DNA from: a virus
Taxonomy: Duplodnaviria; Caudoviricetes
Virus record (IMG/VR): IMGVR_UViG_3300044846_000606
Location: 1-25,855 of that record
Strand: one strand, 5' to 3'
Length of the DNA stretch: 25,855 nt
Position 1 is the first letter of the stretch; every line of letters begins with the position of its first letter. Made by a program: the position numbers and the translations under genes. Positions 14,551 to 24,776 of the stretch are shown one piece after another. The notes beneath the pieces were generated by a model, which saw only the letters and a program-made list of their open reading frames with translations, searched no databases and was not told the origin of the DNA.

Positions 14551-17304
14551 ATGCAGATATATTCAGCAATGGATTTGAAAGCCGGTAAAAAGGCGGAACA
14601 TAATAAGATGGGTACTCTTACCCAACCTATCCAATTTTTACCTGAGAAAGAGAAAGATGATGAATGGAGAGCTTGGAATCTAGACTGGTTAGAGTGGCAG
14701 GGTATGAAGCAACTTAGACGTAACGCTCGTAGATTAATGAAAAACTACAAGCTTGCTAAGGGTATCATTGACAAGACAGATTATATTGTAGAAGAGGATA
14801 ATGAGATGGCGGATCTAATAGATACGCTAACTAAAGAAGATGAGTCTGCTTTAGAACTTAAGTTCTATCCTATTATTCCTAACGTTGTAAACGTATTATG
14901 TAATGAGTTTTCTAAAAGAAGCTCACGTATTATGTTTAAGGCTGTGGATGATATCTCTTATAATGAGCTTATAGAAGAAAAACGTAAGATGCTTGAGGAT
15001 GTTCTTTTACAGGATGCTCAGCAAAAGATGATGATGGAAATCATGAATCAAGGTTTAGACCTTGAGGATGAGGAAGTTCAGAAACAAGTTCAAGAACAAA
15101 CATCTCCTGATAATCTAAAGAAGCTTCCTGAGATAGAGTCTTTCTTTCGTAAAGACTATAGATCTATGATTGAAGAGTGGGCATCTCACCAAATGTCTGT
15201 AGATGAGGAACGTTTTAAATTACAAGAATTAGAAGAGCGTGGCTTTAGAGACATGCTTATTACAGATAGAGAGTTTTGGCATTTTAATATGATGGAGGAT
15301 GACTATGAGCTAGAGCTTTGGAATCCATTGCTTACGTTCTATCATAAGTCTCCAGATGTTAGATACATCTCTCAAGGTAACTGGGTCGGTAAGATGGATA
15401 TGATGTCTGTATCAGACGTTATTGATAAGTTTGGATGGATGATGAACGAAGAACAAATGTATTCGTTAGAAGCCATCTATCCTGTCCGTTCTGCCGGCTA
15501 TGCTGTACAAGGATACCAGAATGATGGTAGCTATTACGATGCTACAAAATCACATGAGTGGAATACACAGATGCCAAGTCTTGGCTATAGACAGTTTTCG
15601 TCTTTATATGACACTAAGTTTGGTACAGGAGATATTGTAGAGTGGATCCTATCTGATTCAGAGGATACAATAGATTTTGGTAAGTCACATTTATTACGTG
15701 TATCCCAAATTTATTGGAAGTCTCAACGTAAAGTGGGTCACTTAACTAAAATTACAGAAGAAGGAGAAATCTTACAAGATATTGTAACTGAGGAGTTTAA
15801 ATTAACAGATAAGCCTCAATACAATACAACATTGTATAAACAAAAGACTAAAGAAAACTTAATCTTTGGAGAACATATTGATTGGATTTGGATTAACGAA
15901 ACTTGGGGAGGTATTAAGATTGGACCTAACCGTCCCGCATTCTGGGGAAATAATAACGCAGGTGGTATCAATCCAATCTATTTAGGACTTAATGGTGGTA
16001 AGCCAGGAAGACTACCTTTCCAATTTAAAGGAGATGCTACACTCTATGGCTGCAAACTTCCAGTGGAAGGTTGTGTTTTTGGAGATAGAAATACTAGAAG
16101 TACTTCATTAGTTGATCTAATGAAGCCTTACCAAATAGGCTATAATATAGTGAATAACCAAATAGCAGATATCTTGGTTGATGAGCTAGGCACGGTTATC
16201 ATGTTAGACCAGAACTCTTTGCCTCGTCACTCCATGGGAGAAGATTGGGGGAAAAATAATCTGGCTAAAGCCTATGTGGCAATGAAGAACTTCCAGATGT
16301 TACCGCTTGATACAAGCATAACTAACACTGAGAACGCTCTTAACTTCCAACATTATCAAGTGTTGAACTTAGAGCAAACTAATCGTTTGCTTTCTCGTAT
16401 ACAATTGGCAGGTCATTTTAAAAACCAAGCCTTTGAAACTATTGGTCTTAACCCACAACGTATGGGCCAACAGATTGCTCAGCAGCAAACAGCCACTGGC
16501 GTAGAGCAAGCTATGAATGCTTCTTATGCACAGACAGAGCAGTATTTTATTCAGCACTCTGATAACTTAATGCCTCGTGTACATCAGCTTAGAACAGACT
16601 TAGCTCAATACTATCATTCTAAAAAACCTAGTGTTCGTCTTCAGTATATCACTGGTAAAGATGAAAAGGTTCATTTTGAAATGAATGGTACAGAGCTACT
16701 TATGAGAGATCTTAACATCTTCTGTACAACAAAGACTAATGCTCGTTCTGTAATGGAGCAACTTAAACAGTTGGCTATAAATAATAATACTACAGGAGCA
16801 TCTATATATGATCTTGGAAATGTTATTAAGTCTGAGTCTATTGCTGAGTTAACTGGTGTACTTAAGAATGCAGAAGAGAAGGTACAGTCTCAGAAAGAAG
16901 CAGAAATGCAGCAACAACAGCAAATGCAGCAAGAGATGATACAGTCTCAGGAGAAGCAAAGACAAATGGATCTTGACTTTAGAACAGGCCAAGCAGATCT
17001 TGATAGACAAACTCAGATCACTGTGGCTGAAATTAGAGCTGCAGGTTATGGAGCAGGCGTAGATATTAATGAAAATAAAGTGTCTGACTACCAAGATGCC
17101 TTGGAGACGATTCGTGGTGAACAACGTTACCAAGATCAAATGAATCTTAAGCGTGAGTCCGAGATGAATAAGAAGATGCAGGTAGATCAGAAGCTTAATA
17201 TAGACCGTGAAAAGTTACAAACACAGAAACAAATAGCAGATAAACAACTTCAGATTGCCAAAGAAAATAAGAATAAATACGACTCTGGTAAGAAAGCTAA
17301 ATAA
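14551..17304 (+). CDS. portal protein (crAss-like)
   Basis: 917 aa after TerL; YPIIPNVVNVLCNE, SLVDLMKPYQIGYNIV and PQRMGQ motifs; long Q/E-rich C-terminal helical barrel. Confidence 0.88.
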   Translation: MQIYSAMDLKAGKKAEHNKMGTLTQPIQFLPEKEKDDEWRAWNLDWLEWQGMKQLRRNARRLMKNYKLAKGIIDKTDYIVEEDNEMADLIDTLTKEDESALELKFYPIIPNVVNVLCNEFSKRSSRIMFKAVDDISYNELIEEKRKMLEDVLLQDAQQKMMMEIMNQGLDLEDEEVQKQVQEQTSPDNLKKLPEIESFFRKDYRSMIEEWASHQMSVDEERFKLQELEERGFRDMLITDREFWHFNMMEDDYELELWNPLLTFYHKSPDVRYISQGNWVGKMDMMSVSDVIDKFGWMMNEEQMYSLEAIYPVRSAGYAVQGYQNDGSYYDATKSHEWNTQMPSLGYRQFSSLYDTKFGTGDIVEWILSDSEDTIDFGKSHLLRVSQIYWKSQRKVGHLTKITEEGEILQDIVTEEFKLTDKPQYNTTLYKQKTKENLIFGEHIDWIWINETWGGIKIGPNRPAFWGNNNAGGINPIYLGLNGGKPGRLPFQFKGDATLYGCKLPVEGCVFGDRNTRSTSLVDLMKPYQIGYNIVNNQIADILVDELGTVIMLDQNSLPRHSMGEDWGKNNLAKAYVAMKNFQMLPLDTSITNTENALNFQHYQVLNLEQTNRLLSRIQLAGHFKNQAFETIGLNPQRMGQQIAQQQTATGVEQAMNASYAQTEQYFIQHSDNLMPRVHQLRTDLAQYYHSKKPSVRLQYITGKDEKVHFEMNGTELLMRDLNIFCTTKTNARSVMEQLKQLAINNNTTGASIYDLGNVIKSESIAELTGVLKNAEEKVQSQKEAEMQQQQQMQQEMIQSQEKQRQMDLDFRTGQADLDRQTQITVAEIRAAGYGAGVDINENKVSDYQDALETIRGEQRYQDQMNLKRESEMNKKMQVDQKLNIDREKLQTQKQIADKQLQIAKENKNKYDSGKKAK

Positions 17305-17372
17305 TTATAGCTCTATTATCCGTATCTTAGGTATATTTTTTTAGGAAAAGTAAATATTTAAAATTTAAAGTT

Positions 17373-17390
17373 GTATATTATTTATGTAGA
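17373..17390 (+). promoter_or_regulatory. putative promoter motif GTATATTAT...TGTAGA
   Basis: Same motif as 7325-7341, upstream of the scaffold/MCP unit. Confidence 0.5.
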
Positions 17391-17413
17391 GATACACAAA
17401 AAACCAAACAAAT

Positions 17414-18673
17414 ATGACTGATTCTCAAACCAGTGTACAAACAAACGTACAACAAGTTGATCTTGACATTGATAGTTGGCTAGGAGCCCCAGGTGCAGAT
17501 AGTATAGTTACTCCTGCTAAAGATGAAAAACCTAGTATTTTTAGCCAAAAAGTTCAAGATTTTAGTTTCTTAGATGAAGAAGATAATGATGATTCAACAT
17601 CTAGTGATGACACAAAAGATACAGGTGAAAAAAAGCTTGTAACAAAAGAAGATACAGATAGTCTTCTTAAAGAGTTAACTGATGATGAAGATGATTCATT
17701 TGAGTCTAAATCAAAAGGAGGACGTCCTAAGACAGAAAAGTCTGGATTAGTAGAGTTTCTTAAAAAGCGTATAGAGTCAAAGGAAATGTTTGCCTTTGAT
17801 GACTATGATGAAAAGAAACAAAGTCTTGATGACTACTTAGGTGGTCTTGGAGATAAAGACGTTGAAGAGTTGTGGCAAGCTAACGTAGACAATATGAAGT
17901 CTGAGGTGGCAGCTAAGACTCCTCAAGAATTCTTTGAGTCTTTGCCAGATGAATTGCAATATGCAGCAAAGTATGTAGCAGACGGTGGGCAAGATCTTAA
18001 AGGTCTTTTCCAGGCTTTGGCTCAAGTAGAACAAGTTCGTGAGATGGACCCTACTGACGAGAATGACCAAGAAGGTATTGTAAGATCTTATTTACAAGCT
18101 ACTGGTTTCGGTACAGCAGATGAAATTGAAGAAGAAGTTTCTACATGGAGAGAAATTGGATCTTTGGAAAAGAAAGCTAAACAGTTCAAACCAAAGTTAG
18201 ATCAAATGCAAGAAGAGTTTGTACAAGCAACTCTTGCAGAACAAGAATCTAAGAAAGAACAGCAAGAGCAGGCAGCTCAAGCTTATATGCAAAATGTGTT
18301 TGAAGCACTTCGTCCAGCTGAGATTAATGGTCTTAAGCTAGATAAAAAGACTCAAGCTCAATTATATAGTGGATTGGTTCAACCTCAATATCCATCTATC
18401 AGTGGTCGTCCAACAAACTTGTTGGGTCATCTTTTAGAGAAGTATCAGTTTGTAGAACCTAACTATCCATTGATTGCTGAAGCTCTATGGTTACTTTCAA
18501 GTCCTGATGAGTATCGCTCAAGCCTTACTAAGCAGGGAAAGAACCAGGCGGTAGAGCAAACTGTACGACAACTTAAGACTGAACAGTCACGTAAGAATGT
18601 TAGTACTTACCAAGAAGAAGAAGAGACTAGATCTAGAAAAATATCTAGACCTCAAAATATTTTTAAAAGATAA
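17414..18673 (+). CDS. putative capsid scaffolding/assembly protein
   Basis: Acidic disordered N-terminus, coiled coils and a basic tail; lies between portal and MCP as in crAss-like capsid modules. Confidence 0.65.
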   Translation: MTDSQTSVQTNVQQVDLDIDSWLGAPGADSIVTPAKDEKPSIFSQKVQDFSFLDEEDNDDSTSSDDTKDTGEKKLVTKEDTDSLLKELTDDEDDSFESKSKGGRPKTEKSGLVEFLKKRIESKEMFAFDDYDEKKQSLDDYLGGLGDKDVEELWQANVDNMKSEVAAKTPQEFFESLPDELQYAAKYVADGGQDLKGLFQALAQVEQVREMDPTDENDQEGIVRSYLQATGFGTADEIEEEVSTWREIGSLEKKAKQFKPKLDQMQEEFVQATLAEQESKKEQQEQAAQAYMQNVFEALRPAEINGLKLDKKTQAQLYSGLVQPQYPSISGRPTNLLGHLLEKYQFVEPNYPLIAEALWLLSSPDEYRSSLTKQGKNQAVEQTVRQLKTEQSRKNVSTYQEEEETRSRKISRPQNIFKR

Positions 18674-18704
18674 ATAATTTATTAACCCTTAAACTTTATG
18701 CCCT

Positions 18705-20324
18705 ATGGCAACTCCAGTTTTAAACAATGGTATATTTCTACGAGATACCAGCTATGCAACTAGCTCACATGTAGATTCTTACCACCTTTCTAACCTCTTA
18801 AAGTCTGCTGAACCTACTGATTTAGGTCCAGTTGATTTATGGGCAATGGCACAAAAGGTAGAAATGCCTTTATACCAAATGTCTAGCTTTGGCGGTAAGA
18901 ACGTTATCTCAGTAGATAATGCACGTGGTGAGTACAAATGGCAGATCCCAGTAACTCAGGATCTACCTTACGTTATTGAAGACGTAGAATCCGCTAATGC
19001 TACAAAAGGTATTGACGGACAGAGTTTCAAAATTAAGATTAACAAGCGTTCTTTTGGACATGGTGATATCATCACTTATGACAAATACAACGGTGTTGAG
19101 ATGTACATCACTGCTGACGATATTATCCCAGCTGGTGACGGTTTTATCTACACAGTACAACTTGTTAATAATGACAACGCTAAGTATTTGGATAACAAAT
19201 ATCTTAAAGTTGGTACTAAGGTTTTCCGTAAAGGATCTGCTCGTGGTGAATACGGTGAGCGTTTCTCTGATATCGGTAACGTTAATGCAGGTTTCCGTGA
19301 ATTCTACAACTATGTAGGTGGTGCTGAAGCTCACGTTCATTATTCTGTTAGCTCTCGTGCTGACTTAATGTTGAAAGGTGGATTGAAAGCTGATGGTACA
19401 GTTCCTGTAGTAGAGCTTTGGAGAAACTTTGACAAGTCTAGTGATCCTTCTATTACAAACTTAGAGGACATGGCTTCTAAAATGGGTAAAGATTATGTAA
19501 AGAAAGCTTACCAATCTGGTCAGTTAACTCGTACATTCTTGACCGCTATGGAAGCAGCTCATTTGACTAAGATTGCTAATGACATTGAGACTTACCTTAT
19601 GTGGGGTCAAGGTGGTAAAGTTAAGCAAGATGGTCCAGATGATATTCGTTTATCTGTAGGTCTTTGGAAGCAGTTGGATAACTCTTACAAGCGTATCTAC
19701 AACAAAGGCTCTTTCAACTTGGATCTATTCAAGTCTGAGATTTTCAACTTCTTTAATGGTAAAGTTGAATTCCAAGGACCAGATCCTAAGCGTAGCTTAG
19801 TTGTACAAACAGGTCTTGGTGGTATGAAACTTGTTAATGAAGCTATTAAGCGTGAGGCTATTAACTCTGGCTTGGTAATTAATGCTTCTGAAGTTGGTGC
19901 TATCACTGGCAAAGGTATGGACTTGAACTTTGGTTTTGCTTACACTCAATACGTTATTCCTTTCTTGGCTAACGTTAAGTTTGTATTGAACCCAGCGTTT
20001 GATAACATTCATACTAATGACATTGAGAACCCAATCATTGATGGTTTCCCATTAAGTTCTTACAATTTTATTATCTTTGATGTAACTGAGAATACTAATG
20101 ACAACATCTACTTGTTGAAGTTATCTTGGGATAATCAATTGAAATGGTTCTATCAGAACGGTACTATGGATTACATGGGACGTTCTCAAGGCTTCCAGTC
20201 TTCTGGAAACTTTAACGGTTACCGTGTATTCATGACACAAACAATGCCTGCTATTTGGGTTAAAGATCCAACTAAAGTGTTGAAGATTGTTATGAGAAAC
20301 CCTGTAACTGGTGGATCATTCTAA
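18705..20324 (+). CDS. major capsid protein (crAss-like, HK97 fold)
   Basis: 539 aa, highly biased codon usage, position in the module, YLMWGQG...SVGLWKQL and IWVKDPTK motifs. Confidence 0.88.
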   Translation: MATPVLNNGIFLRDTSYATSSHVDSYHLSNLLKSAEPTDLGPVDLWAMAQKVEMPLYQMSSFGGKNVISVDNARGEYKWQIPVTQDLPYVIEDVESANATKGIDGQSFKIKINKRSFGHGDIITYDKYNGVEMYITADDIIPAGDGFIYTVQLVNNDNAKYLDNKYLKVGTKVFRKGSARGEYGERFSDIGNVNAGFREFYNYVGGAEAHVHYSVSSRADLMLKGGLKADGTVPVVELWRNFDKSSDPSITNLEDMASKMGKDYVKKAYQSGQLTRTFLTAMEAAHLTKIANDIETYLMWGQGGKVKQDGPDDIRLSVGLWKQLDNSYKRIYNKGSFNLDLFKSEIFNFFNGKVEFQGPDPKRSLVVQTGLGGMKLVNEAIKREAINSGLVINASEVGAITGKGMDLNFGFAYTQYVIPFLANVKFVLNPAFDNIHTNDIENPIIDGFPLSSYNFIIFDVTENTNDNIYLLKLSWDNQLKWFYQNGTMDYMGRSQGFQSSGNFNGYRVFMTQTMPAIWVKDPTKVLKIVMRNPVTGGSF

Positions 20325-20330
20325 AAAATA

Positions 20331-20489
20331 GTATCTAAAGCAGGGGGCTAAAATCCCCTGCTGAGGATACACTATCACCCTCCTGTAGATTTATCTGCAG
20401 GTTTCCTATCGTATGCGTACCATGAATGATCACATGGGAAGTTCGCAACTTCTGATAGGTTCTAAATATAAAAGGTTACATTTGTAACC
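20331..20489 (+). other. cluster of stem-loops including a D-armless tRNA-like element
   Basis: Hairpins 20331-20370 and 20382-20401, cloverleaf-like 20405-20459, and GGTTACA-TT-TGTAACC. Confidence 0.5.
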
Positions 20490-20515
20490 AATTATAAAAA
20501 CCAAACAAACCAAAT

Positions 20516-21535
20516 ATGAGTAGCAGTGTATCAATGATTGAAAAGTATCCACAAAACAAACGTTCAAGTATAGCAATCCGACCATACTTTGATCCTTTAG
20601 TGGATAACATGGGACTTCAGAAGTACGGATTGAGTCTTTTTGACGGAGCGTTCCACGAGGAACCTATTGCTTGTTTAGAGATTAATGGAATCAAAAGATT
20701 CATTACAGGTCTAAATGAATATGCTCCTGATGTTAAAGACTTACCATTGGAAGAACAAGAAGCTAAGATAAAGCAGATTCGTGCTGTTATTGCTCAACTT
20801 GAGAAAGAACTAGCTTCAAATGTAGTGGATGCTGCAGATGAGCAATTCTGGAATAAGTTAAAACTTCTTAAACCAGACAATAATGAGTTCTGGGATAGAA
20901 TTAAGATTAGATGTGGTAATGAACCAGTATATTTAGAGCCTGATAAAGATCCTTATGATTTAATTAGGTTATATGCTATAGAAGCCGGTGGGTTTAGTAT
21001 TGTTGCTAAGAGTCTTGAAGAAGCTCGTAGAATGTCAGTACCGCCTAAGTTTTATCTAGATAAGCTAGAAGAAACTGCTTCTATACAAACAGAAGTTAAG
21101 AAGCTTCGTAACAGAGCTTTATCAGAACTTCAGAAGTTATTTGACAAGAACCAGAATAAGCTTCTTTATGTAGCTAAAGTGTTGGATGCAAATAGTGCTC
21201 AATATAAGAAGTCTACACCTAATGACGTTATCTATGATAATATGGATAAGTTTATTAATGGAGACTTAGTAGAGAAGGATAAGCGTAAAACCGCTCAAAG
21301 ATTTTTGGATGCTGCTAATCTAGACATGGAAACATTAAAGATTAGATCTATTGTAAAAGATAGTAACTACTTTAAGTTCATTGCTCCAAAATCAGATGGT
21401 TTTATTTATCATATGCAAACTACTACTATGATGGGTAGAACTTCTACAGATGTAGTTGAATTCTTAAAAAATCCTTTAAACGAGGAGCTTTTAATAGACT
21501 TAACTAAAAAGGTTGAAAAATACTGGATGCAGTAA
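20516..21535 (+). CDS. hypothetical protein of the crAss-like capsid module
   Basis: 339-aa ORF immediately after MCP; function not recognised. Confidence 0.7.
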   Translation: MSSSVSMIEKYPQNKRSSIAIRPYFDPLVDNMGLQKYGLSLFDGAFHEEPIACLEINGIKRFITGLNEYAPDVKDLPLEEQEAKIKQIRAVIAQLEKELASNVVDAADEQFWNKLKLLKPDNNEFWDRIKIRCGNEPVYLEPDKDPYDLIRLYAIEAGGFSIVAKSLEEARRMSVPPKFYLDKLEETASIQTEVKKLRNRALSELQKLFDKNQNKLLYVAKVLDANSAQYKKSTPNDVIYDNMDKFINGDLVEKDKRKTAQRFLDAANLDMETLKIRSIVKDSNYFKFIAPKSDGFIYHMQTTTMMGRTSTDVVEFLKNPLNEELLIDLTKKVEKYWMQ

Positions 21536-21543
21536 AATAGTAT

Positions 21544-22245
21544 ATGAATAATAATCTCTTACAAATTAAGATAAAACAGAGGCTTAATAAACTAGCATCT
21601 TTTGATTATGACAACATAGAATGTTGGATGATCCAAGAAGCTTTTAATAAAGCTCAGTTAGAGTGGGTGCGTAGACGCCTCCACGGTCTTAATGCATCTA
21701 GAGAAGCATCAGAGCAAAGTGTAACAATAGTTGATGATGTACAAATTCTTTTAACAGAAGCACCTTTAGGTAGAACAATAAAAGATAAGTTTGTAGAATC
21801 AGATTCTTTACCTACTAACTTTTTACATTTTGTAAGAGTTAGCGGTAACGCCAAGACTGAATGTTGTCCAGAAAGAGCTCTTTCTATATATCAAGCTGAA
21901 GAAGCTAACGTAGACATTCTTTTGAGTGACAAGTTTAAATCTCCAAGCTTTGATTGGGCAGAGACTTTTTGTACGATAGCTTCTGATAAAATTAGGTTAT
22001 ATACTAATAATGAGTTTGATATAGAAGATATTAAACTTACATATTATAGGCTTCCTAGAGATGTGCAGTTTAATGGTTGTACTAATATATCTACTGGAGT
22101 AGTATTTAGAGCTGATCAAACATGTGAACTTAAAGAAGACATATGTGAAATATTAGCAGACGAAACAGCAGCTATTTTAGCTGGAGACATAGAATCTATA
22201 ACTCAGTATCAGAGAGATATACAAAACGCTCAAAGAAATAGCTAA
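21544..22245 (+). CDS. putative head-tail adaptor / ring protein
   Basis: FNKAQLEWV, LPTNFLHFVR, LTYYRLP and CEL.E.ICEILADE patterns resemble crAss-like ring proteins. Confidence 0.6.
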   Translation: MNNNLLQIKIKQRLNKLASFDYDNIECWMIQEAFNKAQLEWVRRRLHGLNASREASEQSVTIVDDVQILLTEAPLGRTIKDKFVESDSLPTNFLHFVRVSGNAKTECCPERALSIYQAEEANVDILLSDKFKSPSFDWAETFCTIASDKIRLYTNNEFDIEDIKLTYYRLPRDVQFNGCTNISTGVVFRADQTCELKEDICEILADETAAILAGDIESITQYQRDIQNAQRNS

Positions 22246-22658
22246 TGATGCAGAAACTACAAAGACCTAGTCCAATGGGACCATGTACAGAAACAGCAGC
22301 AATGTTAGCACATGCTCAAGCTCTTACAACTAGTATGCACCAGTTGCATTTAAAAATTACTGGTCCTGGTTCTTTTTCAGCACATAAAGCTCTTAATGAG
22401 TTTTATGATGGAATGCCAGATTTAGTAGATGCTGTAGCTGAACAATACCAAGGAGCTCGTGAGAAGCTTCTAGATTTCCCGGCAGTGAGCCCATATAAAT
22501 GTGGTTCTGTACAGGAAGCAATATCTCACATGAAAGAACTATATACAGAAGTTAATGAGTTACAAAAGATTATGCCTTTCTCAGAAGTTGTAAACCAACT
22601 AGATGAGGTTAAGAGTTTGATTGCTTCAACCAAGTATAAGTTAATGTTCTTAAGTTAA
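22245..22658 (+). CDS. ferritin/Dps-like four-helix bundle protein (DUF5856-like)
   Basis: HQLHLKITGPGSFSAHKALNEFYDGMPDLVDAVAEQYQG matches the Dps-like H-x-HW..G..F...H..L.E.Y......D..AE motif. Confidence 0.8.
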   Translation: MMQKLQRPSPMGPCTETAAMLAHAQALTTSMHQLHLKITGPGSFSAHKALNEFYDGMPDLVDAVAEQYQGAREKLLDFPAVSPYKCGSVQEAISHMKELYTEVNELQKIMPFSEVVNQLDEVKSLIASTKYKLMFLS

Positions 22659-22704
22659 ATTTGTTTTTTATTTATTTATTTATAACCCTTTAAATTAAAG
22701 CCCT

Positions 22705-24063
22705 ATGTATTTTCCTAATGCATTCCGCAAGTCATTCTTGCCTGCTAGTACAACACTAGCAACCACTGGTGGAACTGATGCTTTGACTGCTGGACAGATT
22801 GGTTTCTTTGATGCCAAGTCTTTTCAAGTAGTTTCTGCTCAAGCTGCACCTTTTATCATGGCTCAAGGTAGTTACTTTGCTGCTGACAAAATTGGCCCCA
22901 CTCATGGTGGTTACAAAGAGTCAGTTAAGTCTAAAGTGATTAACCCTAAGTACATCAGTCGTTTGATTAAAGTGACATCTGATGTTGCTCAAAATCAAAT
23001 TGTATCTGTAGATCCTTCTACATGTACACTTAATTGTGATTCTACTTATCGTCTACGTCTAGATGTTAAAGGTTCACCTGCTTTACGTTTCGTAAGCCAT
23101 AACCTTTATGACACCTTGGACGGATTCACAGGTTGTTGCACTGTACCTGGTACTACTAACACAGTAGACCAAAATGTAGTGTTACTTCAGTGGAAAGATC
23201 AGATTAATGAATCTCTTTTGTTGAAAGAGCTTATTCAAGCTAAGGTTTGGAACTTAACTACAGCTTCTGTAGCTATTGATCCAACTGCTGCTTCTGCAAC
23301 TATTGCTGTAGCTAACGCTGATGCTGCTCTTTTCCAAGTTGGAGAAAAAGTAGTTCATGCTTCTTTGGCTCCTAACTCAATCGTAGTTTCTATCGGTGCT
23401 GCTGATTCAGCTAGTTCTGGTAATGCAAACGTAGTTCTTTCTGTTGCTGCTGTATCTTCTACAAACGGTAATGCTAAGATCTATAGCGAAATTGCGACTA
23501 GTACTTATGTTCCTGTAACTTCTTCTGCAAATAATATTGCTGCTGTAGATTCTCATTTAGCTATTGCTGCTGCTTATGTAGAGACTAAGTTCGGTACATG
23601 TACTTTTACTCCTACAGATTTCTATGGTTTAGAGCCTTTATTCATCTACACTTCTTTTGTAGAAGAGTCTGGTGAGCCTTGTGCTGTAAACTGTTTTGTA
23701 TCTGCAGAAATTCAAGCTCCTAAGCAAGCTTCTGGTTTGGGTGAAACTGTACTTCGTGAATTGATCTTAGATGGTCGTTATTTACAAAACGCATATCCTG
23801 ATAGCTCTCGTGTAGATAGCTTACGTATGCGTGAGATCGAAGCTGATCCAGCTTTGAACACTGTAAATAAGGCTGCTTTGTATGATCAAGTTTTGATCTT
23901 GCACAATGTACCTCGTTTTAACAACCCAACAAGTACTTTTGATAATGATCAGTATTTGATCGTAGTTCACGTACCTGCTGGTACTGCAACCACTTCAATT
24001 ACTAACTTCATTGTATCTAGTGCTAGTGCTGCTAGTAATGCGGTTTCTCTAGAGACTTACTAA
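22705..24063 (+). CDS. virion structural protein, probably auxiliary capsid/decoration protein
   Basis: 452 aa, Ala/Thr/Ser/Val-rich, codon bias and leader similar to MCP; followed by a terminator. Confidence 0.65.
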   Translation: MYFPNAFRKSFLPASTTLATTGGTDALTAGQIGFFDAKSFQVVSAQAAPFIMAQGSYFAADKIGPTHGGYKESVKSKVINPKYISRLIKVTSDVAQNQIVSVDPSTCTLNCDSTYRLRLDVKGSPALRFVSHNLYDTLDGFTGCCTVPGTTNTVDQNVVLLQWKDQINESLLLKELIQAKVWNLTTASVAIDPTAASATIAVANADAALFQVGEKVVHASLAPNSIVVSIGAADSASSGNANVVLSVAAVSSTNGNAKIYSEIATSTYVPVTSSANNIAAVDSHLAIAAAYVETKFGTCTFTPTDFYGLEPLFIYTSFVEESGEPCAVNCFVSAEIQAPKQASGLGETVLRELILDGRYLQNAYPDSSRVDSLRMREIEADPALNTVNKAALYDQVLILHNVPRFNNPTSTFDNDQYLIVVHVPAGTATTSITNFIVSSASAASNAVSLETY

Positions 24064-24087
24064 GAGTTTTTAGTAAATATTAAGAAG

Positions 24088-24126
24088 AGGGAGTGGACTA
24101 TAATGTCCCTCCCTTTTTTTGTTTTG
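24088..24126 (+). terminator. intrinsic terminator
   Basis: AGGGAG-T-GGAC/GTCC-CTCCCT stem followed by a T7 run. Confidence 0.8.
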
Positions 24127-24154
24127 GAAAAGTCCTAAAAAATGGGTATATTAT
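24123..24154 (+). promoter_or_regulatory. putative promoter TTTG-N20-TATATTAT
   Basis: Same motif and spacing as 7302-7333, placed directly after a terminator. Confidence 0.55.
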
Positions 24155-24204
24155 TATTGAGAACGTGTATATAAAATTCATATAAATATTTAAAGTTTAC
24201 TATA

Positions 24205-24753
24205 ATGGCAAGCAAACATCAGTTAAGTTTAGAACTACCTGATACCAATAATATCAAGGTTTTACGTCTATTTGACACAAGTTTATATGCTGAAGATTTA
24301 GCTATAGACTGCGGTACGCTCAGGATAACATCCCCAGGTTTTAACTTACCTGTAGCTATAGAAATTCTAAAAGGCTTTAATATAGTATTAAACGCCTGTA
24401 GCTTAGGGTTACAACGTACAAACTGTCAAGATGCTTCTCAACCTATTCCTGACGGTGTTTATGTGATTAACTATTCAGTGGCTCCAAACACTTCTGTATT
24501 TGTGGAGTATAATCATTTACGCACAACACAAACAACTAATAAATATTTTAACTTACTTTGTGATCTAGAAATGTCAAGTTGTGAACCAGATGCTGATGTA
24601 AAAGAGAAACTTGAAGAACTAAGACTTATTAAAAGTTTTATTGACGCAGCTAAAGCTAAAGTGGAATATTGCCATGAACCTCAAGCTGGAATGGAGCTTT
24701 TAATCTATGCTCAAAAAAGATTAAACAAGTATGCCACTGAGTGTGCGTGCTAG
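24205..24753 (+). CDS. putative virion protein
   Basis: 182 aa with IPDGVYVINYSV (Ig-like strand) and a Cys-containing helical C-terminus. Confidence 0.7.
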   Translation: MASKHQLSLELPDTNNIKVLRLFDTSLYAEDLAIDCGTLRITSPGFNLPVAIEILKGFNIVLNACSLGLQRTNCQDASQPIPDGVYVINYSVAPNTSVFVEYNHLRTTQTTNKYFNLLCDLEMSSCEPDADVKEKLEELRLIKSFIDAAKAKVEYCHEPQAGMELLIYAQKRLNKYATECAC

Positions 24754-24776
24754 TATTGTAATAAAACCAAACATAT

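Noticed and set aside
12056-20324. Introns or inteins in terL, portal or MCP
   Set aside because: The ORFs are continuous, of expected size, with no intein or homing endonuclease motifs seen.
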